The notes: generated from the sequence alone by a model not told the origin. A stretch of DNA of 64,000 nt from Patescibacteria group bacterium (GCA_041671225.1 JBAZBY010000001.1:558940-622939), one strand, 5' to 3'. Counted from the first letter of the stretch, positions 19,795 to 28,628 are shown. Translations and numbers: made by a program.

Positions 19795-20877
19795 TTATTC
19801 ATTTTGATTAACTAATCTAACAATTTCCTTTGAAATCAATTCCGTAGCATTTGAATTCCAGTGAGTGTCGTCAAGATGGTATAACAAATTATCATTTTCT
19901 CTTCTATAGTCGTTATAAATTCTTAGTGTGTTTATCGTCGATACGCCATTGCTCTTTAATAACGAATCTAATTGAAATAAATAATTTGGTTGTTCGCTAA
20001 AAGGAACAAGTTCGTAATAAACTGTTTCTTTGTCAGGCATAGGTAAAAACAGGAATTCTATTCCAAGAGAATCACAATACTCCTTATATGAAATTAACGT
20101 ATTGACGGTATTTATTAAATCCTCTTCTTCATGTTTTTGATTGGATCCTTGGAAAAAATACATTTTGGAATCATTGATACCTTCGGTTCCTATTCCTTTG
20201 GCATTTTTGGCCCTGGCCTTGATCCATTTAAGCGGATATACCTTAATAATTTTATCAATATAAGCGTTAAGACCATTGTAATTTAGTATGTTTTGAATGG
20301 TTTCCTTTTTGGAATGAGGAATATAATATTTGATTTCACTAGGAATATTTCTTTCAGCTATTGAAAAAATTATTTGTTTTGGTTTATGTATTCTTCCTAG
20401 CTTTACTAGTTTGTCAAATTGTGAAAATGAACTCGGTGCCATATTATAAACCTTCAAATTGTCATCCATTTTCATTACTTGATTACTAATTGTATTTGTT
20501 TGAGTTAAACCACTACCTGCAATATATGAATCGCCAATGATTAATATATCCGCACTCTTTATATAATTATCATTTCTAAATCCTAACTCATCAGTTTTCC
20601 AGGATTCATTTTTTATAATGGAATTTTCAGTGTGATGGCATAAATCGCCAACAGAATTCATAGTAAGGGTTGCGTTAGTGTAAAAAGGAGCATTGGCGGG
20701 GATTTTTGAAAATGATATGGCCTCCCAGGGTCTATAAAAAAATACTGTAACAGGTATAAATATCTCACAAAGTACTATTATAATTAACGCAGAGAGTGAG
20801 AAAAGCGTTAATGTATTTATAAATTTCTTCATGACATTAAAACTGAAAATAAATGAATTGTTGTTCTGAACCTGCAA
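19795..20877 (-). CDS. Membrane-anchored SGNH-like partner of MBOAT (AlgX/AlgJ/DltD-like O-acyltransferase accessory)
   Basis: N-terminal TM anchor; 'ILIIGDSYIAGSG' SGNH-like block; directly overlaps/abuts the MBOAT gene; AT-rich. Confidence 0.55.
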   Translation of the reverse strand: MQVQNNNSFIFSFNVMKKFINTLTLFSLSALIIIVLCEIFIPVTVFFYRPWEAISFSKIPANAPFYTNATLTMNSVGDLCHHTENSIIKNESWKTDELGFRNDNYIKSADILIIGDSYIAGSGLTQTNTISNQVMKMDDNLKVYNMAPSSFSQFDKLVKLGRIHKPKQIIFSIAERNIPSEIKYYIPHSKKETIQNILNYNGLNAYIDKIIKVYPLKWIKARAKNAKGIGTEGINDSKMYFFQGSNQKHEEEDLINTVNTLISYKEYCDSLGIEFLFLPMPDKETVYYELVPFSEQPNYLFQLDSLLKSNGVSTINTLRIYNDYRRENDNLLYHLDDTHWNSNATELISKEIVRLVNQNE

Positions 20878-22285
20878 AAATATAAATGGCCAAAATGATA
20901 ATGTAATACATCGTCCATCTAAAAGGTTTGTACCATTTTGTTCCTAAATGTGCGATTGCATATTGTTGTTCTCTCCCAAGCCATTCAACGATCAAAAATA
21001 CACTTGTCAGAAAAACTATTGGCATTACTTTCCCAATCCCTGGAAAATCGGGCATTGTTAACAATGAACTTGAAAATATTTCAGAGATATAACTAAAAGC
21101 ATGTGTAACATTTGCGGCACGAAAGAAAATCCAAGCAAATACAGTTAAGCCAAAAGTAATTCCAATAGCAAAAAATTCTCGTATTGTTGGTAAATATTTA
21201 CCTCTTGCCACAATATCAAGATTGTTTCTATGTGTATTGAAAATAATTGAAGGCATTATATATAAAGCATTGAGAAACCCCCAAACAATAAAGGTCCAAT
21301 TAGCACCGTGCCAAAAACCACTTACTAAAAAAATGATAAAAGTATTACGAATCTTCATCCACATACCACCCTTACTTCCTCCTAATGGAATGTAGAGATA
21401 ATCTTTAAACCAAGAGGATAGTGAAATGTGCCAACGTCTCCAAAATTCGGCAATGTCTCTTGAGAAATACGGAAAAGCAAAGTTTCTTAAAAGGTCTATG
21501 CCAAATAGTCGGGCTGTTCCCAATGCAATATCAGAGTAACCTGAAAAGTCACAATAGATTTGAAAAGTAAAAAACAATGCACCCAAAACAAGCGTACTTC
21601 CAGAATAGTCAGTAGAATTATTGAAAATTGTATTTGCATATTCTGCACAGTTGTCAGCTATGACAATTTTTTTAAATAAGCCCCACAATATTTGTCGCAA
21701 CCCATCAACCGCTTTTGAATAATCGAACTCCCTTTTTTTGAGAATTTGAGGCAAAAGATGCGTTGCTCTTTCTATTGGTCCAGCTACGAGCAAAGGGAAA
21801 AAGCTAACAAAAACAGAATAGTTGATAAAGTTTCTTTCAGGTTTTATTCGGTTTTTATAGAGGTCAAGAACATAGGATAAGCCATGAAAAGTATAAAAAG
21901 AAATACCAACAGGCAATATCACTTGTAAAGAACCTAAATTTGCCTTCAATCCTAATAGAGATAGTCCATCAGCAAATGAATCAGCAAAAAAGTTGTAGTA
22001 TTTAAAAACTCCAAGAAAACCTAAATTGATTCCAATACTTAGCCATAACCAACATAATTTCTTTCTCCGCCTTGTAGCTTCATGTATTTTAATACCTGTA
22101 TAGTAGTCCAGTAAGGTCGAGAAAATAAGTAAAAACATAAACCGCCAGTCCCAGCAAGCATAAAAAAAATAGCTTGAAACGAGCAATAAAATGTTTTGGA
22201 GTCTTAAATTTCTTTTTGTCGCAAACCAGTAAAGTATAAAAATAATTGGCAAAAATATCGCAAAGCTTATTGAATTAAAAAGCAT
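20837..22285 (-). CDS. MBOAT-family membrane O-acyltransferase (DltB/AlgI/PatA-like)
   Basis: Polytopic; 'FWRRWHISLSSWFKDYLYIPLGGSKGG' and 'FLVSGFWHGANWTF' with the conserved His. Confidence 0.85.
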   Translation of the reverse strand: MLFNSISFAIFLPIIFILYWFATKRNLRLQNILLLVSSYFFYACWDWRFMFLLIFSTLLDYYTGIKIHEATRRRKKLCWLWLSIGINLGFLGVFKYYNFFADSFADGLSLLGLKANLGSLQVILPVGISFYTFHGLSYVLDLYKNRIKPERNFINYSVFVSFFPLLVAGPIERATHLLPQILKKREFDYSKAVDGLRQILWGLFKKIVIADNCAEYANTIFNNSTDYSGSTLVLGALFFTFQIYCDFSGYSDIALGTARLFGIDLLRNFAFPYFSRDIAEFWRRWHISLSSWFKDYLYIPLGGSKGGMWMKIRNTFIIFLVSGFWHGANWTFIVWGFLNALYIMPSIIFNTHRNNLDIVARGKYLPTIREFFAIGITFGLTVFAWIFFRAANVTHAFSYISEIFSSSLLTMPDFPGIGKVMPIVFLTSVFLIVEWLGREQQYAIAHLGTKWYKPFRWTMYYIIILAIYIFAGSEQQFIYFQF

Positions 22286-22327
22286 ATTGTCTGTCTATTT
22301 TGTCATTTTTAAGTTGTGCGAAGTGCG

Positions 22328-22792
22328 TTACGTTCGTTTCGTAAAACCTAACGAATGGACAATGCTCAAGTCAAAGTCGCCGCGTTTCCGGTAATCTTGA
22401 ACCATGTGTTTCATGTCCGGGCTTCGAAGCTGGGCTTTGGGTAGTGATAAGCACTCACTGAAGCTGATCCATTGCACATTCATGATCTCGTGCTGAGGAT
22501 ATATAAATTTAGTCGATTTCGTGGTCGCGGTAAAAATAATTTTAACAATATTATTACCAATTGCGCTCTTTTGCTGATAGAGACCAAGTACCCCTGTCAA
22601 TTTTATTCGAAGACCCGTTTCCTCCTTTACTTCTCGCCTAACGCAGTTCAAAATATCCTCGTTGTATTCCAACTTTCCTATAGGGATATCCCACTTTCCT
22701 TTGATATATTCTTTTGCCTGCTGAACCGCCACAAATGTCTTTCCCCGTACAATCAGAGCTCCGCAGGCGACTTTGACTTGTGGTCTATTCAT
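22328..22792 (-). CDS. NUDIX hydrolase
   Basis: Nudix box 'GKLEYNEDILNCVRREVKEETGL'. Confidence 0.8.
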   Translation of the reverse strand: MNRPQVKVACGALIVRGKTFVAVQQAKEYIKGKWDIPIGKLEYNEDILNCVRREVKEETGLRIKLTGVLGLYQQKSAIGNNIVKIIFTATTKSTKFIYPQHEIMNVQWISFSECLSLPKAQLRSPDMKHMVQDYRKRGDFDLSIVHSLGFTKRT

Positions 22793-22854
22793 AGATTATT
22801 TTAGTTGAACGTTTTGGGCTGGCCGTGTTGGGTGATGTAAAAAATTCTCGGGAC

Positions 22855-23346
22855 TTATAGTACTTTTGCATACAAAAAACAATCTTTCATTGAACCATCT
22901 TTATATTTAAGTACCTTTTTAAGCAATCCTTCTTTAAGATATTTATTTTTTATTGCTACTTTTTTGCTACCTTCATTTTTTGGTTGCACTACAATTTCGA
23001 GTCTTGTTAATTTCAATTTTTTAAAACAAATATTTTCTACTAATTTTACTGCTTGCGTTGCAATTCCTTTACCCCAAAACTTTTCATCTAAAAAGTATCC
23101 AATTTCACCGATGTGATTTCTATGCAAATTAATCTTTACTCCGATAGCGCCAATAATTTCATCATCATTCATTATTGTGTAATTCCATTCAGTATTATTT
23201 TTTCTGCGTTTTGGGTTTTCTGCTAACCATTTTCTTTCATCTTTGATAGATTTTGGTTGCACATTAAAGTAAGTAAAATGAGGATTGCCTAAAATTTCAT
23301 AGAATCTTTCTGCATCACTTATTTTTTGTAGTCTGATTTTTATCAT
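22855..23346 (-). CDS. GNAT-family N-acetyltransferase (RimJ/RimL-like)
   Basis: 'IGEIGYFLDEKFWGKGIATQAV' acetyl-CoA binding motif region. Confidence 0.8.
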   Translation of the reverse strand: MIKIRLQKISDAERFYEILGNPHFTYFNVQPKSIKDERKWLAENPKRRKNNTEWNYTIMNDDEIIGAIGVKINLHRNHIGEIGYFLDEKFWGKGIATQAVKLVENICFKKLKLTRLEIVVQPKNEGSKKVAIKNKYLKEGLLKKVLKYKDGSMKDCFLYAKVL

Positions 23347-23562
23347 AATGATTTTTTGTTGTTAAAAGTAGAAATTTTTATTTCGTTTAGCGGAGCAGGA
23401 TATCTGATGGATTGCGGAGCAAAAATCTTAGTGGGAGATAGCCGAGCCCATACCGTCTATTCCTTGTTATATGAAAGTGAGTATAACGCAGTGGAGCGAA
23501 AGCACAGCGTTCCCTTGCGCAGGACGCAGAACACCCCCGCTTACAATCATGAAGAGCAAAAT

Positions 23563-24159
23563 TTAACGTTGTATCGAATAGACTTTATTCAGAATTGGAG
23601 TAACTATCGTTCCGAGAACATCTAAGATCGCGAATACTCCTAGCAATCTAAAATAAAATTCACCCATATCATGAGCTTCATTAAGCACAAGTATTATAAA
23701 CATTATCGCGACAATTGAAGTGAAAATTACTGTTGCCGATAAAGCGATACGGACGAATGATTTTTCAGACTTGATGAGTAAGAGTAAACAGGAATGTGCA
23801 GTGCTTGCAGCAAGAATGATGAATATGATTAAAGCTTTCCACGTAGAATCACCATATAGATCAAAGACTTCCCAGATTACCAGTACGGTATACAGAAAAC
23901 CGATAATGGAGATCGCCATTCCAGATAATGCGAGTGGGATGAATTTTCTTCTTTCATACAGAACAGAACAGCAGAGACCGGTTAAACTGTACCCTCCTAT
24001 AGTTAAGGTAGTCATGAGCAAGCTAAATTCAGTGTCACCAAAATCTCCAAGCAGGAAAACGAAAATTCCGATCAGCGCACTGATACTGAGAGAAATGATC
24101 ATCGTGATAAGGAGTGTTTTTTTGAAATGAAAATTTTGTCCCATACTCGTTCTATTCAT
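23563..24159 (-). CDS. Hypothetical polytopic membrane protein
   Basis: Five to six hydrophobic helices throughout; AT-rich. Confidence 0.5.
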   Translation of the reverse strand: MNRTSMGQNFHFKKTLLITMIISLSISALIGIFVFLLGDFGDTEFSLLMTTLTIGGYSLTGLCCSVLYERRKFIPLALSGMAISIIGFLYTVLVIWEVFDLYGDSTWKALIIFIILAASTAHSCLLLLIKSEKSFVRIALSATVIFTSIVAIMFIILVLNEAHDMGEFYFRLLGVFAILDVLGTIVTPILNKVYSIQR

Positions 24160-24337
24160 TGGTAAATGTTATGAACTTTTTTATTTGCAAAGTGAAGGGG
24201 TATTCGAGTGGTATGTCATTTAACGTCCGCGCGTAGCCGATGGTTTCTGGTGTTATCATATGCCGCAGAGCAGCAAAACACCAGAAACTATGCGTGAGGT
24301 TTTTTGGAGAGGACGATAAAATTCTGCCCCCAACCAT

Positions 24338-24676
24338 TTATTTTCCGAGTTTTTTTTCGATGTTTTGGTTCAGTTTTTCGCGCCCATTTTCTACATAGGT
24401 CTTTTCGCCTCGCACGAGTTCATCGCAGAATGCGGCTACATCGTTGCCGGTGATCTCCAACACCGGTTTGCCGTTCGCTGCGCTTTCTTCAAATAGGTCC
24501 ACGATATTTTTGAATACGTCGATCGTATAAAGCCCTGTATTGTTGAAGAAATAGTGCTTCATTTCCTCGTATACGATGCGGTATTCGCGCGGTAATGCCT
24601 TTGCGCGCGCCTCCGTGGCTCTCCACTCCTTTTTCGCTTCAATACCTCCAATGATCTTTTCCAAAAAGTTATTCAT
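24338..24676 (-). CDS. DUF1048-like protein, the usual PadR companion
   Basis: 4-bp overlap with the padR gene; helical 112-aa protein. Confidence 0.45.
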   Translation of the reverse strand: MNNFLEKIIGGIEAKKEWRATEARAKALPREYRIVYEEMKHYFFNNTGLYTIDVFKNIVDLFEESAANGKPVLEITGNDVAAFCDELVRGEKTYVENGREKLNQNIEKKLGK

Positions 24677-24996
24677 TTGCTTCTCCTTACTTCATTAATT
24701 TTGAGTGACACAAAGTCCCATCTTGCCCAAAAGCGGCGCAGTTCCTCACGGCCGGTTTTGGTCAGCGTATAGAATTTGCGGGGTGGCCCCATTTCAGACG
24801 GCTCTTTTTCTATACGCACGAAGTTGTTCTTTTCGAGCCGCACCAGAATGGCATATACCGTGCCTTCTACCATGTCCGTGAAACCGTGCGTGCGCAATTG
24901 CCCGGTTATTTCATAGCCATAGGTCCTGCCACGACCGATGATCTCAAGCACGCAGCCTTCAAGCGCGCCTTTGAGCATTTCTGTGATGTTTTCCAC
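24673..24996 (-). CDS. PadR-family transcriptional regulator
   Basis: 'GCVLEIIGRGRTYGYEITGQLRTHGF...EGTVYAILVRLEKNNFV' winged-helix signature. Confidence 0.85.
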   Translation of the reverse strand: MENITEMLKGALEGCVLEIIGRGRTYGYEITGQLRTHGFTDMVEGTVYAILVRLEKNNFVRIEKEPSEMGPPRKFYTLTKTGREELRRFWARWDFVSLKINEVRRSK

Positions 24997-25012
24997 GCAA
25001 TTCTCCTGTTAT

Positions 25013-25046
25013 CTACATAGTAATACTGACTACCACTACATAGTAG
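25013..25046. promoter_or_regulatory. Direct repeat of a near-palindromic 10-mer upstream of padR; possible PadR operator
   Basis: 'ctacatagta' at 25013-25022 and 'ctacatagtag' at 25036-25046. Confidence 0.3.
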
Positions 25047-25194
25047 CACAGAGTAGTTGGCTGTCAAGAGGTATGACAAAAGCTCAGCAACAGCTGGGGG
25101 CGCATGGGGCAGGGGTCTGATAAACAAAAACTTCGGCTCAATGTCTGAGTTACAGTTGCCTTCTCTAAGGAGGAGTTTTGGTGGTTTTCTCTAG

Positions 25195-25692
25195 TTATTC
25201 AATTTTTACTATCCTGCACGCAATACGTTTAGTTGCTGACTGAAAGGTGACGTCGTCACCTACCCGGTGCCCCATGAGCGCAGAACCGATGGGTGAGTTG
25301 TGAGAAATGATCCCTTGAGCCGGGTTCGCTTCTGTTGAACCGAGCATATGGTACGTTTCTTGCTTCCCGGCAATTTCAATGGTGACGCGATGGCCAAGTT
25401 GTATGTGCAACGCATCTTTTGGCGGCGAAATGACTTCGGCATATCTGATCTGATCTTCGAGCTCAAGTATTCTTTGGTTTATTCCCCTCAGGCGCCCCTT
25501 TGCCATTGCATATCCGGCATTATCAGAAAAATCACCACCCTCGCTTAAGCTTTTGACTTCTTCTGCTGCACGGGGTTGGATCTTTTTTAGCTTCTGCAGC
25601 TTCTCTTGCAGTTCTGTGAGCTTTGTGGTCGTCAGACGAGGATCAGACTTGGAGTGTGTATATTTACCAGGTTTTCGTATTGGAACTCGCAT
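25195..25692 (-). CDS. greA: Transcription elongation factor
   Basis: N-terminal coiled-coil 'LTELQEKLQKLKK', 'DFSDNAGYAMAKGR', C-terminal FKBP-like 'LGSTEANPAQGIISHNSPIGSALMGHRVGDDV'; start taken at MRVPIRK. Confidence 0.85.
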   Translation of the reverse strand: MRVPIRKPGKYTHSKSDPRLTTTKLTELQEKLQKLKKIQPRAAEEVKSLSEGGDFSDNAGYAMAKGRLRGINQRILELEDQIRYAEVISPPKDALHIQLGHRVTIEIAGKQETYHMLGSTEANPAQGIISHNSPIGSALMGHRVGDDVTFQSATKRIACRIVKIE

Positions 25693-25754
25693 TGTGTTTT
25701 CGGTTTTGAAGGATGTGGTCTTGGCATCTCTGTGAACTGGCGGGCACACGGGTT

Positions 25755-26165
25755 TTACTGAAAGAAGTCATCAATGATTTTTTTTGCATCATCGACGCTT
25801 TGGTATTTCATATTCGTGATATTTGGAGAACCGGCTATCATCGCAGAAAGCATTTTCCCATCCTGAGGACGATAGAGACACAAAACTCTTTTATGATTTT
25901 CTACTGCTCTTCCAATTTCATAACCTACCCCAAGTGAAGCGGTTGAGACTTCTGCAATTACGACATCAGATTGCAGAACCCATTGAAGATCACGATTATG
26001 AATGTAATCATCAGTAAGACCATCCTCGCCTAGCATCTTGAGGTTTTTGTCCCCGATATGTTCTGTGGAAACCTCGCCATACTTTTTCAGATGGTCGATT
26101 ATTTTTAGATAAAGATCTGCATTATCTCGTCCTCCTCGAATTGAAGCAGCAAAGTATATCTTCAT
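25755..26165 (-). CDS. Nucleoside 2-deoxyribosyltransferase-like / DNPH1 (Rcl)-family protein
   Basis: 'MKIYFAASIRGGR' N terminus and overall length/pattern typical of DNPH1-like N-glycosidases. Confidence 0.65.
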   Translation of the reverse strand: MKIYFAASIRGGRDNADLYLKIIDHLKKYGEVSTEHIGDKNLKMLGEDGLTDDYIHNRDLQWVLQSDVVIAEVSTASLGVGYEIGRAVENHKRVLCLYRPQDGKMLSAMIAGSPNITNMKYQSVDDAKKIIDDFFQ

Positions 26166-26318
26166 GGAATTTTTTTAGGAAGATTTAAGACACTCGGGTC
26201 ATCCGATAGAACGTTCTTCTGGCGGGACACATGGGTTAGGTACCCATCCACCTCGGGAATTTCTGCTAGATCTGCTCGAACCTAGATGCCCAGTGCTGAC
26301 AAGTAGATACAAAGATTA

Positions 26319-27335
26319 TTAAATCTCGCCAAACCATTTTTTGTGCAATACATCGTAAGATCCATCTTCATGCAGTGTTAAAATAGCAAGATTGACCTTT
26401 TTTCGTAATGCACTCTTTTCTTGTAGCACAAAACCGTAATCTTGTTTATCAAATAATTCACCGACAACTTCCGCCCATTCAGCACCATCATTTAATGCAT
26501 AAAACTCCAAAATTGGAGCATCAAAAACAACTGCTTCAACCTTGTTCTTTTTTAATTTTTCGTACGCTTCTTCAATTTTAGTCACTGGTACAATAATGCT
26601 CCCTGCATTTTTCAACAGAACTTCACTAGTGGTTTGTTTTATTGTTGCAATTGTTTTCCCTCGCAAGTCATTGACCCCATCTATGTTAAGTCTAATTTTT
26701 TTGGCTGTAATGAAGGCCGTGAGTTCCCCAATAAAAAGGCCAAGGAAAGCAAGACTGATAATTTGCCCAGAGGATACAATGAATCTTCCCGTCCATGACG
26801 TTACTGTATAAACAAAAAATCCTCCATCAAGTCCTAACATTGAACATAAAAATATCCAAGTTGCTTGCAATGTTCCATAAAAATACAATGGGGATAGTGA
26901 TCCATTACTTCTTTCGACAAAATACAAAGCATTCCCGAGTGCAAAAATAATGATCAGCAGAATGTATAAAGGTTTTATGAATTGTTTATAACCTTGAGCA
27001 AAAAAGTTTTTAATAGTATTACTCAGATCTATATTTTTCCTATTTTTTGACAATAAAATTCGTAAGCCAGAGTTGAACGTGGGATAAGAAAAATCAACAA
27101 CTTCTTCTCGTTGCTCATTGATTGTTATTGAGGCAAAAGCAACGTCTACTTTCTTCTCTTTTACGGCAGGGATGAGTTCTTGAAAAGGATATTGTGCATA
27201 CTCAAAATGTACACCCATCTCTTTTGCTACCATTTCCCATAATTCTATTTCAAACCCAGAATATTTTCCTTTTGAATCGAAGACAAAAGGTGGCATTGAA
27301 GTAATCGCAACTTTTAGTTTTTTTTCATTACCCAT
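26319..27335 (-). CDS. Family-3 solute-binding domain interrupted by a transmembrane module (ionotropic-glutamate-receptor-like / ligand-gated channel architecture)
   Basis: SBP_bac_3-like halves flank an about 90-aa hydrophobic insert 'FIKPLYILLIIIFALGNALYFV...IISLAFLGLFIGELTAFITAKK'. Confidence 0.55.
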   Translation of the reverse strand: MGNEKKLKVAITSMPPFVFDSKGKYSGFEIELWEMVAKEMGVHFEYAQYPFQELIPAVKEKKVDVAFASITINEQREEVVDFSYPTFNSGLRILLSKNRKNIDLSNTIKNFFAQGYKQFIKPLYILLIIIFALGNALYFVERSNGSLSPLYFYGTLQATWIFLCSMLGLDGGFFVYTVTSWTGRFIVSSGQIISLAFLGLFIGELTAFITAKKIRLNIDGVNDLRGKTIATIKQTTSEVLLKNAGSIIVPVTKIEEAYEKLKKNKVEAVVFDAPILEFYALNDGAEWAEVVGELFDKQDYGFVLQEKSALRKKVNLAILTLHEDGSYDVLHKKWFGEI

Positions 27336-27582
27336 TTTGTTATGAAGTCACTAATGATTCAGCTATGAACTGCCCGTTATTGTACCATTTTCCGAGACTT
27401 GGTAAACGTTGCCCACCTTCTCTGTATATCTCGGGTGAGACCAACGTAGGTGAATGTAGCAGCCTCGTTTTGGAGGATGTAGACATCATACATATCAAGA
27501 TGGCTAATGATGATGCCACCTTATTTTTTTGAGTTGACAGGCCGTAGCCCCTTTTGAGGCGAAAGCCTGGCGGGACACATGA

Positions 27583-27894
27583 CTATTTGGATCTTGAGTT
27601 TCTACCAAGTACATGTTGTACCGAAGGGCTTATTGACTTATCCGTGCGATGAATACAGCCGATCCAACAGCATGGCCGGCGCATTCCTTCCTTGAGTTCA
27701 CTGACTGTCCTTTCGATGTGCTCCTTTCTTGTCTCAGCTTTCTTGACGAAGGTAACCCAACATATCCATTCATTTCGGGCAAGTGGCGTCAAACTGTTCC
27801 ATTGTGCACGCGCGCTGGGGTCTGACACAAGGGCTTTTCGTAAATCCGATGGCACGCTATGTATAACGCCTGTAGCGATCTGTGTTTTTGTCAT
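27583..27894 (-). CDS. YdeI/OmpD-associated family protein
   Basis: 'WNSLTPLARNEWICWVTFVKKAETRKEHIERTV'. Confidence 0.55.
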   Translation of the reverse strand: MTKTQIATGVIHSVPSDLRKALVSDPSARAQWNSLTPLARNEWICWVTFVKKAETRKEHIERTVSELKEGMRRPCCWIGCIHRTDKSISPSVQHVLGRNSRSK

Positions 27895-27948
27895 AGGCTT
27901 CCTTCTTACTGCCTCTCCTTTAAAACTTTTACGGTTTCGCAAAAGTAT

Positions 27949-27969
27949 AATGGCGGAGAGGGTGGGATT
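27949..27969 (-). other. Isolated 20-nt copy of the 3' end of tRNA-Ser (T-arm/acceptor), about 45 nt from the intact tRNA; possible att-site remnant
   Basis: 'tggcggagagggtgggattc' versus tRNA 3' 'tgggcggagagggtgggattcgaaccc'. Confidence 0.4.
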
Positions 27970-28012
27970 CCCCGCCAGAGGCGGGTGCCCATGTTTTCCG
28001 CGATAAGTCCTG

Positions 28013-28100
28013 GGCGGAGAGGGTGGGATTCGAACCCACGGACCCCTTGCGGGGTCAACACCTTAGCAGGGTGCTGCTTTCAACCACTCAGCCACCTCTC
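28013..28100 (-). tRNA. tRNA-Ser (anticodon GCT), long variable arm
   Basis: Reverse complement folds as GGAGAGG-TG-GCTGAGTGGTTGAAAG-CAGCACC-CTGCTAA-GGTGT-long variable arm-GTGGGTTCGAATCCCAC-CCTCTCC-G; terminator-like hairpin 'cccgcctctggcggg' follows. Confidence 0.8.
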
Positions 28101-28138
28101 CGCCCAGGACTCATTCTTACAATATAAAAAGTTCTTTT

Positions 28139-28260
28139 TTGCTTTTTGGGTGCGCCTTTGGTGCAGAACCCACGTCCGCCTCTGGTGGAAACACCTTAGC
28201 AGGGTGCTGCTTTCAACCCCTGCCTGCCGGCAGGCAGGATTCAGCCACCTCTCCGTATTC
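28139..28260 (-). pseudogene. Degenerate tRNA-Ser(GCT)-like copy: intact 5' half and anticodon arm, a 20-nt perfect palindrome inserted in the D-loop, disrupted T-arm and no 3' acceptor strand
   Basis: RC 'GGAGAGGTGGCTGAATCCTGCCTGCCGGCAGGCAGGGGTTGAAAGCAGCACCCTGCTAAGGTGT...GTGGGTTCTGCACC' compared with the neighbouring intact gene. Confidence 0.5.
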
Positions 28261-28292
28261 ATGTTATCAAGATCCGTCGCGGAAAACTCCTC

Positions 28293-28382
28293 TGGCGGAG
28301 GGTGTAGGATTCGAACCTACGAGAGGCTTGCGCCCCTAACGGTTTTCAAGACCGCCGCCTTCGACCACTCAGCCAACCCTCC
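28293..28382 (-). tRNA. tRNA-Ser (anticodon TGA), CCA encoded
   Basis: RC 'GGAGGGT-TG-GCTGAGTGGTCGAAGGC-GGCGGT-CTTGAAA-ACCGT-TAGGGGCGCAAGCCTCTCG-TAGGTTCGAATCCTAC-ACCCTCC-G-CCA'. Confidence 0.8.
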
Positions 28383-28478
28383 ATCAGAGGAGTTGCACAA
28401 CCGCTACCTTCAGCCACCCCTCCACTCTGGTGCGGTGACAAGACCATCGCCTTTCCCGCCTTTGGCATCGGAGCGTAT

Positions 28479-28628
28479 TTATTTGTCTCCCAGTTCTTCT
28501 GCCTCTTTACCCTCTTCGCTTATTTCTTCTGCGCCCTCTTGAATTTGTATGCCGCCGCTCTCTACTTGCTCGCGTCCCTTTTCAACCAACTTGTCGCCGT
28601 CTTGATCTTGTAGTGTGTTTGTTGTCAT
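28479..28628 (-). CDS. Small acidic hypothetical protein (49 aa) with a strong RBS
   Basis: minus-strand 'ggaggtgggtat ATG'; product 'MTTNTLQDQDGDKLVEKGREQVESGGIQIQEGAEEISEEGKEAEELGDK'. Confidence 0.3.
   Translation of the reverse strand: MTTNTLQDQDGDKLVEKGREQVESGGIQIQEGAEEISEEGKEAEELGDK

Noticed and set aside
26222-27581. 15-nt exact direct repeat 'ctggcgggacacatg' flanking the iGluR-like gene (26222-26236 and 27567-27581)
   Set aside because: A single exact 15-mer match is within chance expectation for a 64-kb window on two strands; flanks show no further similarity.
19650-28000. Calling the AT-rich block a prophage or integrative conjugative element
   Set aside because: No integrase, recombinase, phage structural or conjugation genes are visible in the window; reported only as a possible island.
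27859-28542. 227-aa plus-strand ORF spanning the tRNA cluster
   Set aside because: Runs straight through two well-formed tRNA-Ser genes on the opposite strand; spurious.
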